Shown: positions 18,229-30,500 of the stretch, piece after piece
Layout: every line of letters begins with the position of its first letter
Numbering within the stretch: the first letter of the stretch is position 1
Source of the DNA: Meyerozyma guilliermondii
Taxonomy: Eukaryota
Reading direction: 5' to 3'
Assembly: GCA_051546255.1 (NCBI GenBank)
Contig: CP128815.1
Location: 1,364,001-1,428,000, forward strand
Length of the DNA stretch: 64,000 bases
The notes under the pieces: model-generated
Seen by the model: only the letters and a program-made list of their open reading frames with translations
Told to the model about the DNA's origin: nothing
The model's database searches: none
Translations under genes and position numbers: made by a program

Positions 18229-20739
18229 CTATACATAAGTGTCGTCAATTTCAATGTCAAGGCGTGGAACCTTTGATAAATCGTATCCCAACTCCTCCAT
18301 CTGCTTGGGGTAGTGGCGCATGTTGAAAAATTGTAAAAGTCCCCGAAGGGCAATTTCTTGTTCGTAGGCAGTGTTGAAGTCGCTCTCTAAATCTTTTCCG
18401 CTGAGCCAGTCATCTTTAAGACTTAGGTCACATTTGAGGTATATAATCGATATGATATCCATGTTGGATGCTTTCCATTTTCGTCCTTGGTATGGAACCA
18501 ATTTTTTGAGAATGTTGAGTATCGAGGTTATGATTCGGTCATTTTGGTAGTTGGTAACTATTGCCTTTAATACGTCGGTAGGCTTCAATTCGTTGAGAAC
18601 AAACACTCGCTGGCTCATATTGTCAATGAGAATCTCGTCGGCAATCCTAAGCAAGTGATCGATAGCTGCGCATGCATTGTAGTTGAAAGTTTCCAATGTT
18701 CGTTCATTGGTGGTCTTATCAAATGGAATGTCACTCAAGGGCACCTTATTGATGAATAGATACTGGTAATTGTCTACTTGTCTTTCAAGGCAAACAGTGA
18801 AAAAGTTGAAATCTGGAATTTCAATTTGAGGATTCAAAAGCCGGTTTTGATAAACCCACGTCACTCCAGGACCGTCTACTTCCAGCTTTCGAATCTGAAT
18901 GTTGTTATTGTCGAAGCAATTGTTCAAAAATTCAAACAACGCTTCAAAGTATTGCTGGTCGTACAAGACTGATGTCAAGTGATGGCACTTTAAAATATGA
19001 CTGACCTTGAACCAAGTTAAAAGAATATCAACTATTCCACTGATCGTTTTCAATGTGATTTCTTTCACGGCAATGATTTCCGCCTCTTTCTGGATGTAGA
19101 GTCTCAACTTTTCCGGCAGGATATCGTCGTAGTGTGCTTCTCCAGCGATGGCCCTGTTGAGCTCGAACTCGGCATAAGTCAATGGGTAGTCTATTTTGCT
19201 CACGTTTATAATCTCCACTAAAAGCAGAATGAAATCATAAAAGTCTGCTAGATTCTTTTCATAAAAGTCTTCGATGCGTAACAACGAGTTAATTTCTTCG
19301 GTATTTTCTTGGTACTTCTCCAAAAGAGAAGGAGAGTACCGATATTTGTCGTCTGTTGTATTGTTCGACTCTTCCGCAAATCCTCGTTCTTGCTTCATAA
19401 ACCGTTGCCTTTCGTCCCAAAATTGCTGGCTAACCAAGTCCTCCTTGACAGCACTACTGAAGATGTTATATGCTTCATCCACTGCTTTTGGAATAGCGGT
19501 AAGGCCATCTGTTGGATAGATAAATGGCATTCCTTGGTTTATTTGGTACAGTTTTCTGATCTTTTCTCCACCCGACATGAATTCTGAGGCAACAGATGGG
19601 GGAGTTGGTGTTGGAGTTGCAATGTGCACGGTTTGGGCAGGAAGCTGGGTCTGTGCCGTATGGGCTCTATTAGGACGTGGGTTCTCCAAGAGGTTAGATA
19701 AGGAGTTGGAGAAGGTATTAGCGGCCATGAAGAAGCCGTAATGGTTTTCCACTTTTGGTGATTTGCCCGTTTGCAGCAAGGGATACAGTGGATATTTGTC
19801 CATCAAATTCTCTCGTATTGTAAAGTACTGCAAAGGCGAGCAAGTGAGTGATTTGGAGTCTGTATCAACCTCAATTCCATGCAAATTGTTTAAAAATGAC
19901 ATTGTTGAGGCTAGGTGAGACTGGGTACCGAATTGGAGGAGCATTAGATGTTTGATGATTTTCAAATAGTTTCTCGTACGATGCTGACTTTTAGCTTGTT
20001 GGGAAACGAAGGAAAACAAATGGGACAAAATGCCATGTTTGTGCATGATCGTAGACATTTCTCTTGTGTATTTGGTTTCAGAATGCAAACTCGTTATTAT
20101 GAGAAGGTAATGTATTGTAATCACCATGAATAATGTAAGATCATCAACTTCATTGTTACCGGTCAATCTCTTGACAAATACCGCAATAAACTCTGAAATA
20201 CCGAGATCGTGCAAGCTTCGAAGATTTTTCTTCATGGATTCAGTTTGTTGGGAGACGGAAGTGCACTCGTGGTATTCACCTAAAGCGAAATACAAAAGTG
20301 TTCTCCAAATTTCCACATTTCCAATGGCTGATTCGTCCTTTATATCATTACCAAGTTCCTCAATGAGCTTCTGGACTTCTTGATTTGTCAGTTTATCTCT
20401 TTTCAACAGTTTTAGCTGCAATATTTCGTAGTCATGAGACACAAACCACTCAGATACCTGGGTTTCAAAAGTTTCTACTTCAACATTTTTATAGGGCAAA
20501 TTGTTTTTGATCGTAACTGGAGGCTCTCTTCTTCCATTGCTACTCTCCATCTCATCTGTGCCATCTTCAGCATCGTGAAATATAGCATTCTGATTCGCAA
20601 TTTGTTCAGCACGAGCATTGAGTTTCTTTTGAAACGCTTCATCAAGGGTTTCTGCATTTAATTGTATGCGTGTTTTCGCGTCGGGATGGTCAATGAGCTG
20701 ATCTTCCAATTGGTCTATCAGAACAGTATCATTTTGCAT
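18229..20739 (-). CDS. FAR11: Far11 / STRIP1-2 (STRIPAK subunit)
   Basis: LTCSPLQYF, HIATPTPTPP, WFKVSHILK, LKKLVPYQGRKWKASNM and EQEIALRGLLQFFNMRHY. Start taken at the ATG at 20739. Confidence 0.88.
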   Translation of the reverse strand: MQNDTVLIDQLEDQLIDHPDAKTRIQLNAETLDEAFQKKLNARAEQIANQNAIFHDAEDGTDEMESSNGRREPPVTIKNNLPYKNVEVETFETQVSEWFVSHDYEILQLKLLKRDKLTNQEVQKLIEELGNDIKDESAIGNVEIWRTLLYFALGEYHECTSVSQQTESMKKNLRSLHDLGISEFIAVFVKRLTGNNEVDDLTLFMVITIHYLLIITSLHSETKYTREMSTIMHKHGILSHLFSFVSQQAKSQHRTRNYLKIIKHLMLLQFGTQSHLASTMSFLNNLHGIEVDTDSKSLTCSPLQYFTIRENLMDKYPLYPLLQTGKSPKVENHYGFFMAANTFSNSLSNLLENPRPNRAHTAQTQLPAQTVHIATPTPTPPSVASEFMSGGEKIRKLYQINQGMPFIYPTDGLTAIPKAVDEAYNIFSSAVKEDLVSQQFWDERQRFMKQERGFAEESNNTTDDKYRYSPSLLEKYQENTEEINSLLRIEDFYEKNLADFYDFILLLVEIINVSKIDYPLTYAEFELNRAIAGEAHYDDILPEKLRLYIQKEAEIIAVKEITLKTISGIVDILLTWFKVSHILKCHHLTSVLYDQQYFEALFEFLNNCFDNNNIQIRKLEVDGPGVTWVYQNRLLNPQIEIPDFNFFTVCLERQVDNYQYLFINKVPLSDIPFDKTTNERTLETFNYNACAAIDHLLRIADEILIDNMSQRVFVLNELKPTDVLKAIVTNYQNDRIITSILNILKKLVPYQGRKWKASNMDIISIIYLKCDLSLKDDWLSGKDLESDFNTAYEQEIALRGLLQFFNMRHYPKQMEELGYDLSKVPRLDIEIDDTYV

Positions 20740-21064
20740 CTTTGGCACATAGCTAGAAGAAGGACAAATGCGCAAATCCAAATTGGTGCAGGACTGCACA
20801 AAGAGGCTGACAGTTTAATGAAAGCAGGACGACAAAGTCAATTGAGTGAGTACAGAGTAGCAAGAAACCCTCTAGGAGCTCACATCAACACGAAAGCAGC
20901 TTCACAACACTCCAGACGTCAATCTTCAAATAGTTATTCTTTCATCTTCCTGATATATTTCTGTCTTATCTGCAGTACTACCAGTCCCAGATCGAAGCGA
21001 AAATTGTATTGCCGTGCCAACGTCTTCATACAAACATTCCCTACATTTTCATGACCGTATATCC

Positions 21065-21646
21065 ATGAATAAAATTGAACAGGCATCAAACTTGAAAGTC
21101 AAGATCACTACTTTGTTGGACCAGACCACTACAGGCACCATCTATGCTACTGCCAGCAATCAACAGGTGATCGCCCTCAAAGTCAAGTCAACGAAAAGTG
21201 GCGAACAAAGCTTCAAATTCATAAATACTGCATTCATAAAGTCTATTCAGGTGCTACCGCCCTTTCCTTCCAAAAAGAACGGATTCAATGCACTGAAAGG
21301 TCAGCCTATTCTCTATCATCTCCCTATTGAAAAATTAGACCAATCGCTACAAAGAGCATTAGAAGAATCACCAAATCCGCCACCACATGACGTACCACGC
21401 CAGGAACGTAAACCAGTTGCATCGAAGGTTTTTCGCCACTTGGCAGATGCGTTTGGCAAAAGTAACGTGAAATGGGATAACGACAAGATCATCGTCAATG
21501 ACAAAATCGGTGTATCTCGCCCGTTCACTCTTGGCAAGAATAATGTTGTCTCTCTTGTTTCCAACGCTAAGGACGACCTTGATAAAGTTCAGGCGGCTAT
21601 AAGGGAATTCTGGCTTACACTCGACAATGAGAAGAAAGGCGGCTAA
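21065..21646 (+). CDS. LSM12: Lsm12 (Lsm domain plus AD domain)
   Basis: KVKITTLLDQTTTGTIY, FKFINTAFIKSIQVL, VKWDNDKIIVNDKIGVSRPF; C-terminal KKGG. Confidence 0.8.
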   Translation: MNKIEQASNLKVKITTLLDQTTTGTIYATASNQQVIALKVKSTKSGEQSFKFINTAFIKSIQVLPPFPSKKNGFNALKGQPILYHLPIEKLDQSLQRALEESPNPPPHDVPRQERKPVASKVFRHLADAFGKSNVKWDNDKIIVNDKIGVSRPFTLGKNNVVSLVSNAKDDLDKVQAAIREFWLTLDNEKKGG

Positions 21647-21755
21647 TACTACGCATTGCATTTGCATTTCTCCAACCACAGCTAATATAATTAGTCACAA
21701 TCAACCAGTTCTAAGTTACTCTGTGTTCACCATGTAGTAGCTTCCCTTTTCTCTG

Positions 21756-22748
21756 TCACTCTCTCCAATTTACCTCCAACATGTCAAAGATCTGTGGACC
21801 TCGAAATTGTGTTCCCAAGTACCCATCGAAAGAGGTCCACTCGAGGAAATACCGGTTTGTCTCAAAATGCGGACAGAACCAGGTGTAACAAGCTTCGGTG
21901 ATAGTTAGGCGCAAATCCAGAGCAGAGGAAACTTGGAGATGGGGTACATTTATGGTGATGTGGGACGTACCTTTTGTTGGAGAAACATGGTATTTGAACA
22001 ATTCCACCATTCCCTCCACTCCTTCGTAGCCCGATTCTTTAAACCTGTATGTCTCAAGCTTTATGTCGAAGGGAATTCTTGCGGCTTTCACCATAATCTT
22101 TTCAATGGTTATTGGTGGTTGGTCTAATGGCACTAGAATGTTATCAGTATTCTGCAGCTGAAAGAGAAAGCTATACCAGTAGTTCAAGTACCTTCGTTGT
22201 GACAAAATTGAAACACCGTCGCCAAAATGGAGGTTCATGCGACGGGAAGTGAATATATCATTGGCTTCTTGTGGGTGCAAAAGACGTTCCTCAATGCTCT
22301 TATACATGATATAAGCACAAGCAATGGTCCCAGACCGGCCTTTTCCGGCCTTACAATGTAACACAGCTACATTTCGAGGGTCAGAGCCCAAGTAGTTGTC
22401 GATACTTGCAACTATTCTTATCATGATATTGAATGGTGGCGGTTGGTGATCGGGAAATGGGAAATATGCAACCCGATTTTCAAAATCTTTCATTGAGTAG
22501 CCAGGTCCTTCCCCACGAAAGTTCCATATACGCCAATGTTTTTGTCCATTAGAGACATGTTTGTGGTTTAGAAAGTCACGTAAACTACTGGTAGTATATC
22601 GATACCATGATTTTCGATAAGAGTTTACGGGACCCGAACATACAATTAACTGTGGGGTAATGTACGACAAGTCCAACTTCAAGTTGAGTTCTGGAACACT
22701 ATAAGTTCTCGTGGAGAGAGTTGCTGCTTCCCGAAGAAGCCACGACAT
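21756..22748 (-). CDS. TEP1: PTEN/Tep1 phosphoinositide phosphatase
   Basis: LDLSYITPQLIV, FPFPDHQPP, catalytic HCKAGKGRSG and SQRRYLNYW. Confidence 0.9.
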   Translation of the reverse strand: MSWLLREAATLSTRTYSVPELNLKLDLSYITPQLIVCSGPVNSYRKSWYRYTTSSLRDFLNHKHVSNGQKHWRIWNFRGEGPGYSMKDFENRVAYFPFPDHQPPPFNIMIRIVASIDNYLGSDPRNVAVLHCKAGKGRSGTIACAYIMYKSIEERLLHPQEANDIFTSRRMNLHFGDGVSILSQRRYLNYWYSFLFQLQNTDNILVPLDQPPITIEKIMVKAARIPFDIKLETYRFKESGYEGVEGMVELFKYHVSPTKGTSHITINVPHLQVSSALDLRLTITEACYTWFCPHFETNRYFLEWTSFDGYLGTQFRGPQIFDMLEVNWRE

Positions 22749-22936
22749 TCAGAAGTTCGAGGTGCAATTGAACATGGTACAAATAGAGATGAAATGGGTG
22801 CGAAAATGGTGCGAAAAGAAGAAAGCAGTACGAGACAAACACATATAGTCAAATTCCGTTCGGGAACTCTACCAACAAATATATACAACGGCTTTGAAGT
22901 ACACCCCGTAAAAGGTAGCATTGCTTAGCAAAGCCC

Positions 22937-24736
22937 TTAGCTTTGCTGCTGCATCATTGCCTGCTTCATGACTTCTTCAATCTTAAGTGCCAATACAGGG
23001 TCTTGCTTGATGCGCCTTTGCATTTTGGTGGCTTCGGCAAAAGACGTGGCCTGTACTTTCTCTTCGATGGATCTGGCGAGCTTCGACGACTCTTCGAACA
23101 AAACAATAGCTTCGTCAACATCTTCCTTTTGTAACTTGATTTGAGCCAATGTAATTCTTGCGAGCTCCGACTTTGGATCTAAAGCACATGCTGTTGTGAG
23201 CAACTCTTCAGCTTCGTCGATTCTCTCCATGGACTCTCTTGAAATCAAACTGGCTTTGTTAATCAATGGGAGTGCACCAACAGAGTAGGTTGGTAATGCT
23301 TCTTGTAATCTGGCCGAAATTTCAAACTGTTTGCATGCCAAGTCCATTTCTCCACGATCAGCCAAAATCTCACCAAAGTAATTGGGCACCTCAGGAGAAG
23401 TTGTGAACTTCAATTTAGCTTGGGTAAATTTTTCTTCAGCTTCCTTGACAGCACCGTTCTTATAAGTAATACAAGCCAATTGAATGTGAGCATACACGTT
23501 GTTTGGATTCAATTCCATAGCCTTGGTGAAATTGTCCTTGGCCTTTTCCAAGTCACCTGTGAGGTAATACAACTGGCCTAATTGATAAAATACATCGGGG
23601 CTCTTAGGATCCATAGCCGCAGCAGTAGAAAAGTCTTGAAGTGCCTCGCCAAATGATGCCTTATCAGCACTGATCAAGGCTCTGAAGACGTAGGTTCTCG
23701 CTCTGGGCTGCAAATCGATAGCCTTTGCAATATCAGCAGCAGCAGCAGTTGGTTCGTTTTTCAAGAATTTCATTGCAGCAGAGTATTCCAATGCAATAGC
23801 GGCCTTGGCAGCATTTTCAGAGTTGGCATTCAACTCGTCAACCTTATAAGCTTCCACAGCTTGGTTCACCAAAGTGTCGGCGGCCTCGTAGCCTTCAATG
23901 GTGTTAGCGTTCAAGTTGGAGATTGTGTCGTACAAGAACTTGTCGGCACCGGTGGATTCTTCACTGATACCCTCGGGGTTAGTTTCAGGTGCAAAAGCTC
24001 CAAAGAACGACGAGATGGTGGAAGCAGAAGGCAATTCAGGTACTCTGTGCTTCAAGTCTTCTTCAACAATCTTGACGGCATGTTTCTTCAAGACTCTTTC
24101 CAAAACTTCTTCGACTGACTTGTTACTGAAACCTCCGTAGATGGTCAAAGCGGTCAAATCAAACATGGCCTCGGTGTAGTTTTCCAAGATTTCGTACGAT
24201 GTGGCTCTTCTCAACACACACTTGGTGTAATCAGGCTTCAACTTGATCGCTTCCGTGGTATCCTTGATGACATTTTCGTGATCCTGAAGAGCTGCGTAAC
24301 ATGCAGATCTGTTGGAGTAAAACACTGGATCATTCTTCAATTGCAAAGCAGCAGTGTAGTAGGCAATCCCGTTCTCGTAGTTTTTGCTCTTAAACTCGGT
24401 ATTTCCATCCTCCTTCAACGCCATTGCCCAGGCTTCGCGGTCCTTGGCCGAGAGGTTGCTAATGTCACTCTCGGTGATGTTTGGCAATCCAGTTTTCGAG
24501 TCTACAGGGTAAATCTTGCTAGACCCGACCGAGGGGGTTGCAGTAGTTGTGCCATTGGAAGCTCCTGGAGATGGCTTTCCCTTCTTCTTCGATTTCTTCT
24601 TCTTCTTCTTTTTGTCTTCGTCTTGTGATTCGGCTTGTTGGGTGTAATAGTAGTATGCACCAATAGCCGAAACACCAGCCAAGGTTGTTACAGCAATAGC
24701 TGTTCTGTTCCTTACAAAAAAGCTGTCGGAAGCCAT
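22937..24736 (-). CDS. TOM70: Mitochondrial import receptor Tom70
   Basis: N-terminal TM anchor followed by a poly-K stretch, TPR clamp (FYSNRSACY), LPSASTISSFF and multiple C-terminal TPRs. First ATG at 24736. Confidence 0.95.
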   Translation of the reverse strand: MASDSFFVRNRTAIAVTTLAGVSAIGAYYYYTQQAESQDEDKKKKKKKSKKKGKPSPGASNGTTTATPSVGSSKIYPVDSKTGLPNITESDISNLSAKDREAWAMALKEDGNTEFKSKNYENGIAYYTAALQLKNDPVFYSNRSACYAALQDHENVIKDTTEAIKLKPDYTKCVLRRATSYEILENYTEAMFDLTALTIYGGFSNKSVEEVLERVLKKHAVKIVEEDLKHRVPELPSASTISSFFGAFAPETNPEGISEESTGADKFLYDTISNLNANTIEGYEAADTLVNQAVEAYKVDELNANSENAAKAAIALEYSAAMKFLKNEPTAAAADIAKAIDLQPRARTYVFRALISADKASFGEALQDFSTAAAMDPKSPDVFYQLGQLYYLTGDLEKAKDNFTKAMELNPNNVYAHIQLACITYKNGAVKEAEEKFTQAKLKFTTSPEVPNYFGEILADRGEMDLACKQFEISARLQEALPTYSVGALPLINKASLISRESMERIDEAEELLTTACALDPKSELARITLAQIKLQKEDVDEAIVLFEESSKLARSIEEKVQATSFAEATKMQRRIKQDPVLALKIEEVMKQAMMQQQS

Positions 24737-25055
24737 TATTGATGTAGCTGAAACCGCGTCCGCAACTTTAGGTTGTTCCTGTCGGTTCGCCTCTTGAATC
24801 ACAATTTTTCAACAGTATGGTAGCGGCACGACTGTTTTGTGAGAGGACGGGGAAAGTTGCAACGTACCGGAATGGGTGCAAATATCAAGTAGGTACATAG
24901 TCGTACGATTTATACTCATAATGGCAATATGTAAATTATTTTTGATTCATACTGTTATTTATTGACTAAAGGTATTCGGCATAGTGATATACACGAATTG
25001 TTAGTTATATGTTCCGTAATTCATGCATAGGTGTATCTGGTTTATATGGGGACGT

Positions 25056-26873
25056 CTATACGTCAGTATTGACATAGTATTGTTCGTCTTGCTGGTACTG
25101 TCTTCTTGTTCCTCTGCCATTGCTACTCGTGCTCTGGTTCATAACATCATCATAGGTCGGAAGTGGAGGATTCGACGCTGATGAATCTGCTTGCTCGTAG
25201 TGTGGTGATGGATCATGTGGGGTCGGCTCGTTTTGCTGTGATGCCATTTGTGACTTGCTTGGCAAAGGTGGAGCTTCGGGACGTCTTGGTTTCTTTGGTG
25301 GAAGTGGTTCTTTTTCTGGACGCATTGATGGAGACTGTAAAGAATTTGACATGCCTATTCCGCTCAATACCTTCATATCGGTGCATTGAAGATCCACATA
25401 CCGCACCTTAGCAGTCATTTCGTGCTGGTTTCTAGAATCAACAATTCTTTCGCTGGAAAATCCTGCCACAACCAGCAAGTTGTATTGCCGTGAAATATTG
25501 CAAGTTGTGAATGAAGGAGAGAGACGATCTGGCAAAATACAGTTTTCGTAGTATTTGGCGGGAATCTCTATCTCATATAGTTCTCGCGAACCATAATTGG
25601 AAGTCGTTGAAGACGATTTCTGTCTCGTAGCATTAGAGAAATCAAACTTGACGTTATTGAGGGCATTGTTAGCCACTGGAATCTTTTCGTCGTGGCGGGA
25701 GCGATGTATTGTTTTCGAGTGGCCATCGGACTCAAGCACTGAAATTGTGGTTATTGAGCGTAATTCCACGATAAGCCGCTGCATGAATATCACTCCAAGA
25801 CCATTAGATTCGTCTGGACGTCCGAATTTGGCATTGTTAAAGTTATTTGGGTTGACGGAAGTGACCAAGAAAAGTTTGAACGAAGGTTTTTTTGTGGGAA
25901 TCAAGAAGGCGGGATGACGGAAGCGCACTTCAAAAGCAAAGGGAACGTCCATCGAGTTTTCCTGGCGACTTGTCAGCGCTGTGTTCCCGCTACTAGTTCC
26001 AGGATCAAGTAATCTCGTGAGGAATCCTCTTGGGCGTGGATTAGGCGGCAATTTCTTATCGCTGGGAATTACCACTCCATTTACGGAAGGAACCTTGTTT
26101 TTAAACACAATGTCTTTCCTCACGAAAACTTCACGATTGTCTTCACGAGACTGATTCAGACCCAAAATTTGGTTGTTTTCGTCCAAATCCAAGGGAAGAA
26201 AAATGAATGGATCGGTGGCACGCAAGTTCATTTTGAGCAACGATGCTCGCTTGCATGTCACTTTGACAAAATACTTGATACTAGCAAAGTCACCAATTCC
26301 ACTTAGCGAAGGCGGAAGCTGGCTCACTATATGATAGTCACCTTGGTCTCGTTGTGCTTGCTGTGGACCTTGGGCCCCAGTAGCATTATTAATGTACAGT
26401 GTAGCAATGTTCCTGATCGTGTTTCTGTTGAAGTTGCCATTGTTGATGGAAAAGTCGAACCGTTGGGGATTAAACAGCACGGCATTTGTGATGCCCAGAA
26501 GCTTCACACACGAGTTGTTTAGCGGGATCTTAAACTCAAATGGATACCTATAGTTTCCTGGAGTCAAAGTGAATTCCTTGGCACTGGAAACTTGTCTCAC
26601 ATTATCTGGCGGAAAAACAATCATTGTATCATAAAGCACCTTGTGTTCGTCTTGTAAGCGTTTATCGCGTTCTTTATCCTTTCGGTCTCTTTTAGCTGAT
26701 ACTTTTGGAACCACGAGCTCAGTCTTCGAAACACCTTCAAGTTTCACCAGAATATGATTGACCGATATTGACGAGGTTACAGCCAAGGTGACGGTTCCTC
26801 GGATCGTATCATAGTTCGTGAACGTGCCCCCAGTAGAACTTCGATCGATTTCGACCTTGATATCATAGCCCAT
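25056..26873 (-). CDS. Arrestin-related trafficking adaptor (Art10-like)
   Basis: Arrestin-N pattern [11 protein letters not shown]...VKLEGVSKT...HKVLYD...[20 protein letters not shown] and [15 protein letters not shown]-type motif LPTY near the C-terminus. Confidence 0.8.
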   Translation of the reverse strand: MGYDIKVEIDRSSTGGTFTNYDTIRGTVTLAVTSSISVNHILVKLEGVSKTELVVPKVSAKRDRKDKERDKRLQDEHKVLYDTMIVFPPDNVRQVSSAKEFTLTPGNYRYPFEFKIPLNNSCVKLLGITNAVLFNPQRFDFSINNGNFNRNTIRNIATLYINNATGAQGPQQAQRDQGDYHIVSQLPPSLSGIGDFASIKYFVKVTCKRASLLKMNLRATDPFIFLPLDLDENNQILGLNQSREDNREVFVRKDIVFKNKVPSVNGVVIPSDKKLPPNPRPRGFLTRLLDPGTSSGNTALTSRQENSMDVPFAFEVRFRHPAFLIPTKKPSFKLFLVTSVNPNNFNNAKFGRPDESNGLGVIFMQRLIVELRSITTISVLESDGHSKTIHRSRHDEKIPVANNALNNVKFDFSNATRQKSSSTTSNYGSRELYEIEIPAKYYENCILPDRLSPSFTTCNISRQYNLLVVAGFSSERIVDSRNQHEMTAKVRYVDLQCTDMKVLSGIGMSNSLQSPSMRPEKEPLPPKKPRRPEAPPLPSKSQMASQQNEPTPHDPSPHYEQADSSASNPPLPTYDDVMNQSTSSNGRGTRRQYQQDEQYYVNTDV

Positions 26874-26976
26874 TGCCGTGACGATGATCTATGGAGTGTA
26901 CATAAATTGCGAATTCGGGTTTGAGGAGTGCCGTCCACCCTGCACACAACCCACCCCCAGCGCAAACGGCGATGAA

Positions 26977-27378
26977 ATGTTAAAGTCCACATTTAGACTA
27001 TTCCCAAGAACTCAATTCAGAACTTTCACCACCACAAGAATTATGTCTGCTCCACAAACCACCCAAATTGAAATTTTGCAAGAAGGCGATGGCAAGACTT
27101 ATGCCAAGCCTGGAGACTTGGTCACCATCCACTACACTGGAACTTTGGAAAACGGTAAAAAGTTCGATTCTTCTCGTGACAGAGGAAAGCCATTCCAATG
27201 CACCATTGGCGTTGGCCAGGTGATTGTTGGATGGGATACTGGAATCCCCAAGTTGTCTGTTGGAACCCGTGCCAAATTGACTATTCCTAGTCACGAGGCT
27301 TACGGACCCAGAAGCGTCGGTCCTATCCCAGCCAACTCAACCTTACTTTTTGATGTGGAATTGTTGAAGGTGAACTAA
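26977..27378 (+). CDS. FPR1: FKBP12-type peptidyl-prolyl isomerase; short form starts at 27043, long form at 26977
   Basis: [32 protein letters not shown] and [17 protein letters not shown]; two in-frame ATGs. Confidence 0.96.
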   Translation: MLKSTFRLFPRTQFRTFTTTRIMSAPQTTQIEILQEGDGKTYAKPGDLVTIHYTGTLENGKKFDSSRDRGKPFQCTIGVGQVIVGWDTGIPKLSVGTRAKLTIPSHEAYGPRSVGPIPANSTLLFDVELLKVN

Positions 27379-27521
27379 ATAAGTGAGGTGGTAATTGTGA
27401 ATTGATAATGATGAATTGTTAATTGTTAGTTGTGAATTGTCAATTGTGTCAATTGGACATCGACAAGCATCATCTCATTATCTCTCAATTGCTCAATCTC
27501 TGTTATGTACTGCTTTCAATA

Positions 27522-30500
27522 TTAAGAAGTCCCGCTCTTTTTTATCCATTTTAGACATTTGTTTACGACTCTGGCTTTTCTTGTCACTACTAACGTAGGT
27601 AAAAACACCTTGAAATGGACATCGTAAACCTTGAACCGAGGCAAGTCCACAGTCTCGCTCTCATTGCTACAACGACAGTAATATACCATCGTATGGCGAT
27701 TGAATGGTAGTACCGGAAATGCCGGTTGTTCAAGTGGCAGCGTATTGCGAGTATCAGAAACGTCCCAGCTTGTACCATCGGTGGTCTCGTTTGGTGCTAA
27801 CAGTGTAGTGAATGTGAAGATTCTTGGGGTGGGATTCTCCAAAATGTACTTGAGTTTCACACTTTGAGTGTCTTCTTCTTCAATTTCTAACAATACTCGC
27901 GGGTCAGAAAGAGGAAGGGCAATTTCCCATTCTTCTGTTTCAAAGAAATTTGTTCTCTCATGCTGACCAGGCCTTTTCCATTCGATCACCACTGAAGTAC
28001 TCACCAGCACGTTTCGATGAGATCCACTCTTGCTTCGACTGGTGAAAAGTTGAGACATTGTGTCGCCGTTTTCCTCGACATCTCCTAATTTCTCAATGTT
28101 CACTTCCTGGTTTTTGGTACGAATGTTGAAGGTAGTCTTAACTATTTCGGGAAGCTGGCCATCGAAGCAGTCTTCGACAGGTGCCAACCGCAAACTTCCT
28201 TGCCAAAGACGAGTAACAATTGGCATTGATGTGGGCTGCGCTTCTTCACCATCCAGAACTACAAACGGACAAGGCATGTCACTGGTACCTTCATTTCTGT
28301 AGCGAGGAAAAACACTGAAACCGCACCGCAATGGCTTGTTAATGATGGGATACACGAACAGTGCTGTGTCATAAACTGCAATCTCTGCATCATCTTCCTC
28401 GGATGTAGCTTCTGGCTGTGAATCTTTTACCCAGGTTTGCATCGAAATGTTCATTTTGTATGACTTGGAGTCGAGACTGGGACCATTAGGACGAGTGTGC
28501 AAGGCAATATTTAGCTTGTGCTCTTCAGAACCATTCTTCGCCGAAAGGTCATCCAAGGACAAATATTCATCGTCTTTCAAATTATCCCAATTCACCTGAG
28601 TGGTGATGAAGTCTTTTTCGCCGTCTAGGCCTCCTATGATGTCGACTTTTGCAGACAACTGTACTTTGCCGTAGTTGATTTTGTTCTCGCCTATCATTTC
28701 GTGAGAAATGTTGAAAGGAATAGTAACTTTTTCTCCGAGAACAATACCTTTAATATTAGTCGGCTGAGTACTCACAGTCACTTTGGGCTTCAACAGAGTC
28801 ACCCTCGCCATATAAGGAGGATCATGGTGGAGTCTTATAGGAATTCGCTTGGCAACTTTGCTATCTTTATCAGTAACGTAAACCCAATCATGATGCCATA
28901 TTTCGGGTCGCAGTTGTAAAGCATCGATTATTATCAGCTTGTCTTGAATAATCTTCACTGAACCGTTTACATCAGATATCACCAATTGAACATCAACGGA
29001 ACTGACAATGTAGGTACCCGCTCGCTGACAGGGCTGAAAAACTTGGACAACTTTTGACAGTTTTGTATCGGAATTCATGGTTAAATTTACCAGTCCCTCT
29101 AACGTTTCGTCCTCGTCTTTCAAGTCTGGTATCATGGGACAAAGGTCTGGATTGCTGCTGGGAGCATGTGTAACCACAACTTTCTTCATATTTCCTTTTC
29201 CTTGGCCGTCTATCTTTTGATAATTCACGGAAAGAGAGTTGATCGTTAGCGACAATTTATCGTCGACATTCAAGATGTCCTGTAGTTTTGCAAGGTCAAT
29301 GAGAGGTTTAATCGACATTTGGGTTCCTAATGGCTCAAACACACTTAATGATCTCGAATTCAGATCTTTGAAACACAAAATGTCCACTTTAATCACATCA
29401 TAGTCATTAGCAAGCACAACGCTGTCCATGGGAATTTTCTTAGTATGAATTGAAAACTTTGAAATACCTTTCATGCTAGCTGCTCGAATAGCGGTCGTAA
29501 CCAACTTGTGTGTATCATTCCTCAACTCGTATTCCCTCATAAGTTTGGTTACCAATGCCGAATCAAGATTTGACCAGTTCGATTTACGGTCGCTATATGA
29601 GAAGCATGTTTCATAATATTGCAACGCTTTGTCGCCCTTGGGTAAAAGTTTCTCGAAAGTTTGAGCAAGTTCCCAGTCGAGATATTGGAGAAATCCAGTA
29701 CTTGGTTTCTTATTAGCTGCACCAGATATTGTCTCTGAATCGCTCTTGAACAAACTGGATGCTTGTTCAAGAAGTTCAGCCCGATGAATGGAATCGTCAT
29801 TTAGCAAGCTCGCTGCTTTCATGAAAATAAGCCCAGGGTGTGAATATACATCATAATAGTCTCCGTCGAAAAACTGAAAGCCACCAAAAAACGGCATTGT
29901 GGGGAGCTTATTTTTCGTCTTTTTCAATTGCTTAGCGTCAGTTTGGTTCAAAATCGAAGGTGGTACCGTAGACATTAATTCTGCTAGCCATTCATATTGA
30001 CTCGAGAGCCATTTTTGGCGGCTCGAACCCAAGACTTCAGTAACATTGACGACATGAGCTGTGTGTTTCTTAAGTGCAACTACGGGTTTTTCAACAGAGA
30101 GATAGCCACGCACAATATGAAATGCGACTGTATCTATGAGATTTTGGAGCTGAAGCATGAGTTCTTTATCGTGATCGAATAGTTCACTTATAATGCTGGC
30201 GGGAAAGTTTTCATCAAGTAGTTCAATTAGATTCTGATATGCGGTTTCGAAAGTGGAAAGTGTTGGTTCCATATTGTGGGGGCTAATAAATTCGTTAATG
30301 ATGGCTTCTTTGATGAGGTTTCGGGTTTCGAGAAATCTGGGAGTTAACGTTATCTTGGTGTCGATGTCGGTGGATTCCGCGAGAGTATAGTATTTCTTAT
30401 GTCGTTGCTTGATTCGATGTTGTATATCGGAGTAAAAGGAAGATGCATTTGCTTTGATGGTGCTGGTTATCGTTGCAACTATAGTCTCTGAATCTTTTTG

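Noticed and set aside
27390..27460. Repeated AATTG motifs after FPR1
   Set aside because: Low-complexity AT-rich 3' UTR with irregular spacing; not an array.
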